NCBI GenBank assembly: GCA_963798915.1
Contig: CAWCVB010000007.1
Coordinates: forward strand, 143,640 to 207,639
From: an uncultured Gemmatimonadales bacterium
GTDB taxonomy: Bacteria; Gemmatimonadota; Gemmatimonadetes; Gemmatimonadales; GWC2-71-9
Direction of reading: 5' to 3'
DNA length: 64,000 nt
Below the pieces are notes generated by a model. The model was not told where the DNA came from, searched no databases, and saw only the letters and a list, made by a program, of their open reading frames with translations. This document shows positions 1 through 9,724 of this stretch, one piece after another (within the stretch, counting starts at the first letter, position 1; every line of letters begins with the position of its first letter). The position numbers and the translations under genes were made by a program.

Positions 1-90
1 CAGCCCCTTGGGGACGACATCGGACTCGATGTCGGTGACGAAGCCGTACTTGTAGGCCCGGTTGACCAGGGTTTCGACCGGCGAACTCAT
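1..90 (-). CDS. sufB: Fe-S cluster assembly protein SufB, N-terminus (runs off the window edge)
   Basis: Minus strand reads MSSPVETLVNRAYKYGFVTDIESDVVPKGL, the typical SufB N-terminal YKYGFxTD motif; ATG overlaps the stop of the upstream regulator (ATGA). Confidence 0.85.
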   Translation of the reverse strand, partial: MSSPVETLVNRAYKYGFVTDIESDVVPKGL

Positions 91-782
91 GTGTGCTCCT
101 GATCCGTGACCGCCGCATCGGCCGGCGGCCGGAAGCGGACGGTGTATTGGCACGCGCCATCACCGCTCAACAGGTGCTGGCGGCGCTCGATCGTGCCGCC
201 CAGCGTCCGCTCGAGGAAGCGTTCCTCGGCAGCGCAGATCTCGGGAAACCGCTCCGACACCGCACGCAGGGCGCAATGATGCTCGGTAAGTGACCCACAG
301 CAGAATGTCGCGGCACCTTCGGCCATGTACCCCTCAGCCGTCCGAGCCGCCGCGACGATGGCCATCCGCTCCGGCGGCCCGGCGTTCCGGAGCGCCGGCG
401 CCAGCCGACCGGCCTGGCTCTCGAACTGCGATTCGATGAACTGCACCGCGGCAGGCCGGCCCACGGTGGCCACCAGATGCTCCAGCAGCTGGGTCAGCGT
501 TTCCTTATAGCGCTCAGGGAAGAGCGCCTCACCCGCCGCTGTCAGGTGGTAGGCGTGACCCGGCGCTCCCACCCGGCCCGACGGGTTGCGAGCCCAATCC
601 ACTGTCCCCGCCGCCTCGAGTTCCTTGAGATGGTGGCGGATGGCATTCATGGAAAGCCCCAGCCGGCGGGCCAGTTCCTTGGCCTCCAGGCCCGGCGTAC
701 GCTTGAGCTCCACGACCACCGCTCCCCTCGGCCCCTTGAAGCCGGCGGGAAGCTGGTCGGTGAGCAGATCAGGTGAGGCCAT
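87..782 (-). CDS. SufR-like / ArsR-type HTH transcriptional regulator of the suf operon
   Basis: HTH (ELARRLGLSMNAIRHHLKELE), G(R/A)P-x-Y-x-LT wing, C-terminal Cys (HHC, EIC, GACQY); coupled to sufB; start taken at MASPDLL. Confidence 0.85.
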   Translation of the reverse strand: MASPDLLTDQLPAGFKGPRGAVVVELKRTPGLEAKELARRLGLSMNAIRHHLKELEAAGTVDWARNPSGRVGAPGHAYHLTAAGEALFPERYKETLTQLLEHLVATVGRPAAVQFIESQFESQAGRLAPALRNAGPPERMAIVAAARTAEGYMAEGAATFCCGSLTEHHCALRAVSERFPEICAAEERFLERTLGGTIERRQHLLSGDGACQYTVRFRPPADAAVTDQEHT

Positions 783-882
783 AGACGCGGAATGGTAACT
801 GCAAAAGTCGGGATTCGCAAGGTTCGTCGGGTGGAATTGGTGTGAATTGTAAAGTGATATGGAGAAACGGGTTAGAGGTCTT

Positions 883-1040
883 CGGTCGTCCGTCATCGGT
901 CGTGGACGGCTCTGAGCTCAATTGCCCTGGCGGAGCAAAAGGCCCGAAACTTCGACTGAGCCATGCCCCTTCGGTCGCTGCGCTCCCGCAGGCTGACACG
1001 TTGACGACCGATGACCGATGACCGACGACCGTTGACCGTT
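883..1040. repeat. Opposed heptamer tandem repeats (CGGTC[GA]T, then A[CT]GACCG) enclosing a palindromic element
   Basis: 883-909 cggtcgt/ccgtcat units are reverse-complementary to 1004-1040 acgaccg/atgaccg/ttgaccg units. Confidence 0.75.
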
Positions 1041-1066
1041 CTCCCTCCATTCCCGATCTTCTTCCC

Positions 1067-1640
1067 ATGACCATCCACCGCATCCGCCTCCTGGGCGACC
1101 CTATCCTCCGTGCCCTCTGCGAGCCCATCGAGAAGCCCTCGTCAGCCGCCATTCGGGTAATTCTGGACGACATGCGCGAGACCCTGCGGGATTGGCAGAG
1201 CCGCTTTGGCAGCGGCCGGGCCATCGCAGCGCCCCAGATCGGGGCGCCAGTGCGGATGGTCTACGCCGAGATGGAAAAGCCCTGGGTGCTCATCAACCCC
1301 GAGATTGTGGACATTGGCAACGAGGACTTCAGCGTCTGGGACGACTGCTTCTCGTTTCCCAATCTGCTGGTCCGGGTCTCACGTGCCTACCGGCTCCGGG
1401 TGCGCTACCAGGACCAGAAGGGTGCGTGGCATGAGGATGACCTGGAAGGGCGACCGGGCCGAGCTGGTGCAGCACGAACTCGACCACCTGGACGGCGTCC
1501 TGACCGTGGACCGGCCGCACGGCCTGGATCCCTTCTGTCTCAGGGAGGAATGGAACCGGCTCCACGCGGCAAGCGGGCGCTATGGTCCGCCGGAACCGCG
1601 AACCGGCATCTATGCGACGCCGTTGACAGGGCTGTTGTGA
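1067..1640 (+). CDS. def: Peptide deformylase with divergent motifs; one frameshift near 1450
   Basis: GDPILR, AIAAPQIG, INPEI, DDCFSFP in ORF 1067..; QHELDHLDG metal motif in the shifted frame ending at 1640; extra G in gaagggcgac. Confidence 0.85.
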
Positions 1641-1642
1641 GG

Positions 1643-1686
1643 CGGCTGGACGGCTAGACGGCTAGACGGCTAGACGGCTGGACGGC
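1643..1686. repeat. Octamer tandem repeat (CGGCT[AG]GA) x5-6
   Basis: cggctggacggctagacggctagacggctagacggctggacggc directly after the def stop. Confidence 0.9.
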
Positions 1687-1729
1687 AAGTTGCCCAGTTT
1701 CTGCTCCCAAACACCAGCTCGCTCGCCCA

Positions 1730-3349
1730 CTAGCTCTCTCGCCCATTCGCCGTCTCCTCCGGCATCGCCGCCTGGTTGCCATCCCTCAGCGCGTTGTAAT
1801 GCGGCGACATGATCTCGACCCCCGCTTCGTTGAACTTGTCCTGGATGTTCTGGTGCAGCTCGGCATAGATCGCAGCCATCCGCGCCGGCTTGTGGGTGTA
1901 GGCGTTGATCTCGTACTGCACGTAGAAATCATCCAGCGCCGTCTGCAGCACAAACGGCTTGGGTGTGTCAACGAGGTCGGTCGTGGCCGTGGCCGCGGCA
2001 CAGAGCAGCTCGTGCACCTGCCGCCAGGGCGCGTCGTAACCGATGGTCACGGTGGTGTGCAGGATCAGCCCGTCCTCGTGCGCCGCCGTGGTGTAGTTGA
2101 TGATATGGCTGCCCAGCACCATGCCGTTGGGAATGGTCACTTCCACGTTCTTGATGGTCCGCACCCTCGTAACCAGCAGCGTACGTTCCAGTACGTCGCC
2201 CGTCGTATCCGAGATCCGGACCCGGTCGCCCACCTCGAATGCCCGGGCGTAGGTCAGCACTACCCCCGACACCACATTGGCAATCGCCGAGCTCGAGCCC
2301 AGTGAAAAGAGCACGCCGAGGAAGATGGAGATGCCCTTGAATGCATCGCTGTGCGCGCCCGGCAGATAGGGGAACAGCACCACCGCCGCGAACGCCAGCA
2401 TCAGGAAGCGAACGATCTTGAAGGTCGGCTCGGCCCACTCGCGGTGGAACCCCGTCAGTGTCACCGCGCCGGTCCGCAGCGCACGGAACACCAGGTGCAC
2501 CACCTTGATCGCGTAGCGCAGCGCCAGGATGATGATGCCGATGTAGAACAGGTTGGGCAGGTACGTCACCAGTGCCTGCCAGAGCTGCGCCAGCGGTGCC
2601 AGCACGTACCAGGTCATGCGGGGCGCGTATTGCTGGGTCCAGGGGAAGAAGCTGAGCACCAGCGGAATGAAGAAATACAGCAGCACGACCGTGAGTACGA
2701 TCCGTGCCACTCGCGCGGCGGCAATCAGCAGGTTGGTGAGCCGTGTCGACGACATCAGCACCAGCCGCTGGACCCTGAGCGCCGGTATCCGGGTGCCGCG
2801 CCAGCTTTCCAGCGTCCGGTAGATGCGGGGAAACAGAAGCTTGAAGAGCCAGAGCAGAAGGACCAGCAGGAGAATGGCGCCACCGGCGTAGGCCGCGTCC
2901 ACCAGCAGCCCTTCGAAGCTAAACTTTTCGACCGCGCCGGCGAGCGTGCCCGAGATCCGGCTGGCGTAGCGTTGCGCCGCCTGTTCCGTCGTGAGATGAA
3001 GCGGGACAGCATCCGCGGGCATCACCGTCATGATGATGCTGTCACCCAGCGCCAATATTGAACCGTTGGTTCCTGTCCGCACCGTCACCGAGTCGAACAG
3101 ATCCCCTGTGCGTATGTAGCGATCCAGGCGGGCCGAAATGGCGGCCGCACGATCTTCCGCGCTGAATGCGCCCAGCCGCCCATAGAGCTTGAACAGGGTA
3201 TCGCCCATGACGACAACGCCAGCACCCACCGGTGCCGGAGCCAGACTGTCAGCGGCGACAGAATCCTGCGCCCTGGCGGCGCCGGGAACGCCGGCGACCA
3301 AGGCGAGCCAGACCAGGATCGTGCCGGGGCGTCCGATGCGGAGGCTCAA
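1730..3349 (-). CDS. Mechanosensitive ion channel (MscS family) with N-terminal periplasmic domain
   Basis: Multiple TM helices, SSSAIANVVSG, FEVGDRVRI, TIPNG, VTIGYD, FNEAGVEIMSPHY; probable TTG start overlapping the upstream stop. Confidence 0.9.
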   Translation of the reverse strand: MSLRIGRPGTILVWLALVAGVPGAARAQDSVAADSLAPAPVGAGVVVMGDTLFKLYGRLGAFSAEDRAAAISARLDRYIRTGDLFDSVTVRTGTNGSILALGDSIIMTVMPADAVPLHLTTEQAAQRYASRISGTLAGAVEKFSFEGLLVDAAYAGGAILLLVLLLWLFKLLFPRIYRTLESWRGTRIPALRVQRLVLMSSTRLTNLLIAAARVARIVLTVVLLYFFIPLVLSFFPWTQQYAPRMTWYVLAPLAQLWQALVTYLPNLFYIGIIILALRYAIKVVHLVFRALRTGAVTLTGFHREWAEPTFKIVRFLMLAFAAVVLFPYLPGAHSDAFKGISIFLGVLFSLGSSSAIANVVSGVVLTYARAFEVGDRVRISDTTGDVLERTLLVTRVRTIKNVEVTIPNGMVLGSHIINYTTAAHEDGLILHTTVTIGYDAPWRQVHELLCAAATATTDLVDTPKPFVLQTALDDFYVQYEINAYTHKPARMAAIYAELHQNIQDKFNEAGVEIMSPHYNALRDGNQAAMPEETANGRES

Positions 3350-3912
3350 CCCTCCATGTCCTGCGGCAAGGGGTTGCCCGGCCGCTCGCCATCCCAGAAG
3401 ACGCTGACGATCCACCATCGGTGACCGTCCCAGAAAAGCTGAATCGAATTGATGCCGCGCTGGAATGGGGTGGTCTCATCCCGGCGGAAGCTCGCATAGG
3501 AACTGAAGACGTGGGCGATGTTGCCGTAGCGCTCGACGTGGTTCACCAGCGACTGCTCGCGGAACCCGAGCGCCTGCAGCAGCGAATCAGCGGCCTGCTG
3601 ATACTGCTCCGCGGTAAAGATGCGCCGGTGACAGTGGCCGGCCGAGTCGCAACCGGTCGGGATGAACTGCACCGCGGGATCCAGCAGCGAATAGAACCGG
3701 GCCCACTGCCTGGGCTGGCCCACCGGCCCGCTGATGGTCTGATAGAGCGCGGAGACGATTGAATCGACGGTAGCGACATCGGTGGAAACCGCAGGCGGCT
3801 GGGCGGTCGTCGCGGTATCGCGCGTGACCTGGGCCTGGGCCGACGCGGTGGTTGCCAGCGTCACCACGATCGCCATCACGACGATTGCTGTTGAGCGTAT
3901 CAGCGCTCTCAT
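3346..3912 (-). CDS. Secreted NTF2/SnoaL-like hypothetical protein
   Basis: Signal peptide ending ASAQA; DSIVSALYQTISGP, ERYGNIAHVFSSY, RGINSIQL..RWWIVSVFWD. Confidence 0.75.
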   Translation of the reverse strand: MRALIRSTAIVVMAIVVTLATTASAQAQVTRDTATTAQPPAVSTDVATVDSIVSALYQTISGPVGQPRQWARFYSLLDPAVQFIPTGCDSAGHCHRRIFTAEQYQQAADSLLQALGFREQSLVNHVERYGNIAHVFSSYASFRRDETTPFQRGINSIQLFWDGHRWWIVSVFWDGERPGNPLPQDMEG

Positions 3913-4009
3913 CTCGGATAGCCTCCGCTTGCGAATCAGTATGAATGGACGGCGCGCGCCACCGAGGAAAAGCTACGGCTGGATCCGGATCCAGACCATG
4001 CCCGTCCTG

Positions 4010-6062
4010 TCAAAACCATCGCCCCAGTCGCACGAACAGCAGTTCCCGGTCGCCGGTGAAGCCCAGCTCGACCCGCACCGGTCCCACCGGCGTGTCGGCG
4101 CCGACGCCACCCCGGATGCCGGTGTGCCAGCCGCCGCTACCGAGCAGCGCCCCGCCCGTCGCTGAGCGGCCAACCATGCCGTCCACCCGCACATGCAGCG
4201 GTCCGACCACCGGGTAGGCGAGTGCCAGGCCAGCCAGGGCTTCCCGGTCTCCTCGCAGTTCGCCGATGTGCAGCCCGGCAAAGCCGTCGTCGCCGCCCAG
4301 CACGAGGGTGTGCTGCAACGGAAGATCCTCGCCCGCGCCGAGGCGAACATGAGGATTGAGGTCCAGCGCGCCAAGGGGAATGACCGGGGACAGATCCACG
4401 CTCAGGCGCTTGAACTCCTGGTTCCAGGTGGCATTGATCGTGACGTCTCGGGTTCCGTTCCGGTTCAGATGCGTGAGTTCGAACTCGGCACCCAGCGCAT
4501 CGGCCGTGCTGCGGTCATCGTTTCTCCACCAGAGCGCCGAGCCGCTCAGGGTCGTCGTCCAGCTTCGGAAGAAGGTGCGTTCAGCACCGAGCAGCGCTTC
4601 CGCCTCCCGGGTCCGGTCGATGCCGATCTGTTCGCCCATCGCATCGAAGCGGCGGATATGCTCGAAGCCTACCCTGACGGTTGCTCGGGGCACCACCAGC
4701 TGACCCAGCAGCTCGCGCTGCTTCTGCAGTCCCAGGACGAGGTCCTTCTGGAGGTTGCCGACTTCGCCCAGGATGCTCGCCGCCGCACCGCCAGGCAGGG
4801 AACGATCCACGGCACCAGCCCAGAACCTGCCGCCCATGTCATTGTCATATGCCGCGCCCAGCGCTGCGACCCTCACGGGCCCGCGTTCAGGGACCACGTG
4901 CAGCTGGACGCTGTCGCCCTGGCCCGCTGGATGCAGCCAGAGGGCGGTAAACCGATCCGAGGCCCCCAGCTTGAGGAGACGTGAACGGAGCCGGTCGGCA
5001 TCGAGGGCGTCGCTGCCGGCGAGGCCCAGCAGCGTCGCGACGTCGGTGGCCTTGTGCCGGGCGGTGTCCTCGACTGTGATGCCCGTCAGCACCGACGGTT
5101 CCGCGATGCGCGGCACCGTGCCAGTGGGCGGACAGGTCATGGCCGGCAGGACCGTGTCGGCCGCGAGCCGTCCGCGCAGGATCAATGCGTTCACCCGCCA
5201 GGGTGTGAAGTCCAGGCTGCGAAAGCCAGCCACGTTCGGGCGGACGTAGATGTCGTTCATCGCCCAGCGAATCGAGCGGCTGCTCGAAGAGGTAGCCCAG
5301 CATCCGCTCCGCCAGCGTCACCGGCGAAAAGAAATTGAGTGAATCGGGCGCCCGCTCGGTTGCATCGGCCACGATCAGCCGCTCGGCGCCCGCCGCGCGC
5401 GCGATGGCGATCGGCACGTTGGCGCTGAGGCCGCCGTCAGCCAGAAACTGTCGGCCGAACTGTTCGGGCGGAAAGATGAAGGGGATCGCTATGCTGGCGC
5501 GCACCGCCTGCGCCAGATCCCCGTGCGAAAGCACCACGGGCCGGTGGGTGCCGAGGTCGGTGGCGACGATGAGCAGCGGAATCGGGAGCCGACTGAAGTC
5601 GCCCCGCGCAATCAGGTTGCCGCGCAGCATCGCAGCGTCGAGCAGGGCGTTGGCCTCAGGCTCGTGGACGGCGGGATTCTGCAGGTTGAAGCCATGGTCA
5701 CCCTGCTCCCAGACGAGCAGCGGTTGCAGCTGTCCCAACGCGCGGGGCGCCCGCGGATCGAAAGTGCCGAACAAGGTCCCGATCGGAAAGGCGCGCGCCA
5801 GCGAGTCGATGGTGGAGGCGGGATAGCCGCTGGCATACATGGCGCCGACGGCCGCACCCATGCTGCTGCCGACGATCAGGTCGGGGCGGATGCCCAGGCT
5901 GTCCAGCGTGCGCAGCAGTCCGATATGCGTCAGCCCCTTGGCGCCGCCGCCGGACAGCACCAGTGCCGTGCGCGGGGCGGCGCACTGCTGTGCGGCCGCG
6001 GTGCGCGCAGCCGCCAGCGTAAGCAGCACAAGGGAGAGAGACCGGACCCGGAAGTTCCGCAT
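4010..6062 (-). CDS. Patatin-like phospholipase fused to Omp85/BamA-type beta-barrel (PlpD-like); frameshift near 5262
   Basis: Signal peptide, GGGAKG, GSSMG and DGG patatin motifs in ORF ..6062; C-terminal frame 4010..5260 ends [11 protein letters not shown]...VRLGRWF (outer-membrane barrel terminus). Confidence 0.85.
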
Positions 6063-6171
6063 GGCGCCGAAAGCTAATCAGCCCCTTGCGCGGCATTGGG
6101 CACGTTGCAATTCTTGGCTCACGCGAAACGCTCGCGCCCCCTTTGTCTTCCCTGCTGGAGGTACCGCCGCA

Positions 6172-6435
6172 ATGCCGTACGTGATCACCGAGGCCTGTAT
6201 TGGCGTGAAGGACCGGGCCTGTGTGGATGTCTGTCCGGTGGACTGCATCTACGAAGGGGAAGATCAGCTGTACATCCACCCCGATGAGTGCATTGATTGC
6301 GGCGCATGCGAACCGGAGTGCCCGGTGACGGCAATCTTCCCGGAGGAGGATGTGCCGCCTACCCTCACGTCGTTCATCGAGAAGAATCGCGAGATCTTCA
6401 ACAGCGACGCGCCGCCGGGGAGGCCGGAGAGGTAG
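6172..6435 (+). CDS. fdxA: Ferredoxin (FdxA-type, dicluster)
   Basis: [25 protein letters not shown]...[21 protein letters not shown] upstream. Confidence 0.92.
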   Translation: MPYVITEACIGVKDRACVDVCPVDCIYEGEDQLYIHPDECIDCGACEPECPVTAIFPEEDVPPTLTSFIEKNREIFNSDAPPGRPER

Positions 6436-6454
6436 GCGGACAGGCGGAGAGTGA

Positions 6455-6489
6455 GTCGACGGTCGACGGTCGACGGTCGACGGTCGACG
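6455..6489. repeat. Heptamer tandem repeat (GTCGACG) x5
   Basis: Five perfect copies downstream of the ferredoxin; each unit contains the palindrome GTCGAC. Confidence 0.95.
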
Positions 6490-6502
6490 AAGCTCGCTTG
6501 AT

Positions 6503-6620
6503 CGTCACCCCGGTGCAAACCGGGGCCCATGAGGGACTCGGACACGGCAACTACGCACGGGTGGACCCTCATGGATTCCCCGTCATTCCCGCGAAAGCGG
6601 GAAGTTCTCGGGAATGACGG
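6503..6620. repeat. REP-like nested palindromic element between convergent genes
   Basis: ccccggt-gcaa-accgggg; ccatgaggg...ccctcatgg; ccgtcattcccg...cgggaatgacgg with inner ttcccgc-gaaa-gcgggaa. Confidence 0.75.
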
Positions 6621-6671
6621 TTCGACGACAACCTGCCCGTCTCGCCCGCCCTGCCCATCTCGCCCGTCCTG

Positions 6672-7886
6672 CTAATCCCCCAACGACGGCAGACTCCGCA
6701 GAAAATCCGCCAGCAATTTCGTGGTCGCCACCGGTTGCTCCACCGAGACGATATGGCCGGCGCCGTGGATCACCTCCAGGCGGGCGCCGGCAATGGCCGC
6801 GGCCATGCGGTGCGCCGAGGCGGGTGGCGTAATGCGGTCATGCTCGCCCACCGCCACCAGCGCGGGAAGCTCGAGCGACTCCAGTAGTGCAGTGCTGTCG
6901 GCCCGGTCGCGCATCGCCGCCAGCGCACCGACGATGCCTGGCACGGGCGTGGCGAGAATGATCCGTTCGACCTGGTGCCAGGGCTCTCCCACCTGATCGG
7001 CCGTCTCACGGGCAAAGAGTTTCGGAAGCATGGCTGCCGCCACCGCGCCTGCACCGGTGTCCCGCGCGGCCTGCGCCGCCGCATCGCGCGAGCGCCGGCC
7101 TTCGGGTGAATCGCTCTCGGCCCGCGTGTCCATCAGAATCAGGGCGCGCACCCGCCCGGGATGACGGCGCAGGAATTCGAACGCGATGTAGCCGCCCATG
7201 GACAGCCCGCACAGCACCACTTCCTCGACGCCCAGCGAATCCAGCAGCGCCGCCAGGTCCTCGGCGTACGTGGTCATGCTGTAGCCCAGGTCGGGCGCGT
7301 CGGAGCGCCCCATGCCGCGGAGATCCGGGGCAATGCGTCGCCATCCGTCCAGATGCTCGAGCTGGTGGCGCCAGATGCTCCGGTCCAGCGGATAGCCATG
7401 GATGAACAGGATGGCCGGTCCCTCTCCCGCCACGTCCACGGCCAGACCCACGCCATTGACCGTGATCCGACGCACCGCTTCCCCATCCGGCGTCTCTTCC
7501 AGCAGGCCGGCGATCACGTCCGGCACCGGCGCTGGCCTGCCGTTGCCGCCCAGGCAGACGAAGACGAATTCGGCCGTGGCGGCAAGCGCATCGTCGCTCA
7601 GCCGGCGGGCGCTCTGGCGCAGCGTGAAGCTGGTGCGTCCCAGATGCGTCAGCGTCTGTTGGAAGCGGAGCTGGTCGCCAGGGAAGACCTGGGCGAGGTA
7701 ATCCACCGAGGCATGCCGAACGGCCGGCCACACGCCCGCGCGCTGGAAGACATCCAGGCCGGGGCCCGCCAGAAACACATCCCACCGTGCGCGCTCGAAC
7801 AGGACCAGAAAGGCGGCCTGGTTCAGGTGACCATACGAATCGCACTGGTCGGGATAGACGGTGACGTCGATCTCAGGAAGGGACAT
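6672..7886 (-). CDS. Hotdog acyl-CoA thioesterase fused to alpha/beta hydrolase
   Basis: N-terminal DSYGHLN 4HBT-type motif; C-terminal HGYP, DLRGMG, GLSMGG nucleophile elbow, GEHD, AGH. Confidence 0.88.
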   Translation of the reverse strand: MSLPEIDVTVYPDQCDSYGHLNQAAFLVLFERARWDVFLAGPGLDVFQRAGVWPAVRHASVDYLAQVFPGDQLRFQQTLTHLGRTSFTLRQSARRLSDDALAATAEFVFVCLGGNGRPAPVPDVIAGLLEETPDGEAVRRITVNGVGLAVDVAGEGPAILFIHGYPLDRSIWRHQLEHLDGWRRIAPDLRGMGRSDAPDLGYSMTTYAEDLAALLDSLGVEEVVLCGLSMGGYIAFEFLRRHPGRVRALILMDTRAESDSPEGRRSRDAAAQAARDTGAGAVAAAMLPKLFARETADQVGEPWHQVERIILATPVPGIVGALAAMRDRADSTALLESLELPALVAVGEHDRITPPASAHRMAAAIAGARLEVIHGAGHIVSVEQPVATTKLLADFLRSLPSLGD

Positions 7887-7904
7887 GGATGGAGCTTACG
7901 CTCC

Positions 7905-8038
7905 AGGCGGCCAGGCGGCTAGACGGTTGGACGGCTGGACGGCTGGATGGTTAGGTTCCATCATCGTGCGCACCTGGCCGCCCGAGCGTCCGGCCGTCCG
8001 ACGCTCTAGCCGTCTAACCATCCAGCCATCCAGCCGCC
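7905..8038. repeat. Opposed octamer tandem repeats between divergent genes (long hairpin)
   Basis: cggctaga/cggttgga/cggctgga units followed by complementary tctagccg/tccagcca units. Confidence 0.8.
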
Positions 8039-8039
8039 C

Positions 8040-8213
8040 ATGCCAGACACCGACTATATCCGACACGCCGCCAAGTTGGCGCGCCAGGCGCAGATGCAGG
8101 CCGCCATGGGTGAGACGCCAACCCTGGACGCCGATTTCTTCAAGACGCTGGCCAAGGCGCTGGATGAGATGGCGCAGGGATTGGAACAGGTCGCCAGACG
8201 GGCGCGCGAGTGA
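8040..8213 (+). CDS. Small helical hypothetical protein (57 aa) coupled to rnd
   Basis: MPDTDYIRHAAKLARQAQMQAAMGETPTLDADFFKTLAKALDEMAQGLEQVARRARE*; host-like codons; stop overlaps the rnd GTG (GTGA); below the ORF-track cut-off. Confidence 0.7.
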   Translation: MPDTDYIRHAAKLARQAQMQAAMGETPTLDADFFKTLAKALDEMAQGLEQVARRARE

Positions 8214-9373
8214 CCGGGCGCCAGCCCCGTCCGCTCCGCGACATGACGTTCGTCCACTCCGATGCGGGGTTGGCGGCCTGGCTGGCCGACGCCCAGGATG
8301 CCGCACTGCTGGCGCTCGACACGGAAGCCGCCAGCTTCCACCGGTACGAGGACAAGGTCTACCTGCTCCAGCTGTCCACCCGCGAGCGCACGGCCGTGGT
8401 GGACCCTCTCGCCGTCAGCAGTCTGGACGCCATCGGCGACCTGCTGGCCGATCCGGCGGTGGAATCGGTGTTCCATGATGCCGACTATGACCTTCGGCTG
8501 CTGGCCCGCCAGTTCGGGTACAAGTGCACCAGTCTCTTTGACACGCGGGTGGCGGCCCAGCTGCTCAATGAGCCCGGGATCGGGCTGGCGGCACTGCTCG
8601 AGAAATACCTGGGCGTGAAGCTGGACAAGCGCTTCCAGCGGGCCGACTGGTCGGCTCGGCCCCTGAGCGACGACATGCTGAGATATGCCGCCTCGGACAC
8701 CGATTATCTACCGGAGTTGCGAGACATACTCCGTGACGAGCTTGTGGCCCGAAAGCGCCTGCACTGGGCGGAGGAGGAGTTCGCCCTGCTGACCGAAGTG
8801 CGCTGGCCGGATGCCGAGGGCATGGAACCGGGTTGGCTGCGGATGAAGGGCGCCAAGGTGCTCAAGCCGCGCATGTTGGCCGTCCTGGCCGAACTCTGGA
8901 CTTGGCGCGATGAGGAAGCCAGACGGCTGGACCGCGCGCCCTTCCGGATCATGAACAACGAGCCGATGATGACCATGGCCAAGGAGCCGCCGGCAAGCCT
9001 GGATGAGCTGGCCAAGGTCAAGGGCGTGGGGCGCGACATTGCCGCCAAGCGCGGCGCCGAGATCATGCGAGCCATCCAGCGGGCGCTGGCCATTCCCGAG
9101 TCGCAGTTGCCGCGCCGGGAGCGCCTGCCCCGGCGCCCACCAGATCCTGAACAGGACGCCCGGCTCGAACGCCTCAAGGCGGTTCGCAACGAAGCAGCCA
9201 CGACCATTGGGCTCGCGCCGGGCGTGCTCTGTCCCAACGGAATCCTGGAAGGCGTTGCACGGCTGGAGCCGGCCACCAGCGAAGAGCTGCTGGAGGTGCC
9301 CGGAATCCGGCGATGGCAGGTGGAGGAAATCGGGAAACAGCTGCTGCGGAGTGTTGCCGCTAAAACCCCATGA
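8210..9373 (+). CDS. rnd: Ribonuclease D (DEDDy exonuclease + HRDC domains)
   Basis: ALDTE, FHDADYD, FDTRVAAQ, ADWSARPL, YAASD, two HRDC-like segments. Confidence 0.93.
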   Translation: MTGRQPRPLRDMTFVHSDAGLAAWLADAQDAALLALDTEAASFHRYEDKVYLLQLSTRERTAVVDPLAVSSLDAIGDLLADPAVESVFHDADYDLRLLARQFGYKCTSLFDTRVAAQLLNEPGIGLAALLEKYLGVKLDKRFQRADWSARPLSDDMLRYAASDTDYLPELRDILRDELVARKRLHWAEEEFALLTEVRWPDAEGMEPGWLRMKGAKVLKPRMLAVLAELWTWRDEEARRLDRAPFRIMNNEPMMTMAKEPPASLDELAKVKGVGRDIAAKRGAEIMRAIQRALAIPESQLPRRERLPRRPPDPEQDARLERLKAVRNEAATTIGLAPGVLCPNGILEGVARLEPATSEELLEVPGIRRWQVEEIGKQLLRSVAAKTP

Positions 9374-9671
9374 AGGCCTTGACACGCGGGTCCATGCGCT
9401 CAGGCGTCCAGTAGGGTTCCCAGACCAGCTCGACCTCGACCCGATCAACCCCCTCGAGATCGTTAACCACGTTGCGCACGTCTTCCATGATCTGCCCACC
9501 GGCGGGGCAGCCGGGTGACGTCAGGGTCATCCTGACGATCACGTCGGCATCCACGCCGGCAGTCTCGTTCACGATGACATCGTAAATCAATCCGATATCC
9601 ACGATGTTGAGGCCCAGCTCGGGGTCCTTCACGCCGCGGAGCGCCTTGCGGATGGTGTCAGCTTCGATCAT
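9360..9671 (-). CDS. Metal-sulfur cluster assembly factor (DUF59/SufT-like)
   Basis: VKDPELGLNIVDIGLIY, MTLTSPGCP, VWEPYWTPERM. Confidence 0.93.
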   Translation of the reverse strand: MIEADTIRKALRGVKDPELGLNIVDIGLIYDVIVNETAGVDADVIVRMTLTSPGCPAGGQIMEDVRNVVNDLEGVDRVEVELVWEPYWTPERMDPRVKAFMGF

Positions 9672-9724
9672 GAATGGAATATAGCGCGGCGGATGGCCTG
9701 CGGACCGCCCGTACAGATCCTGCG

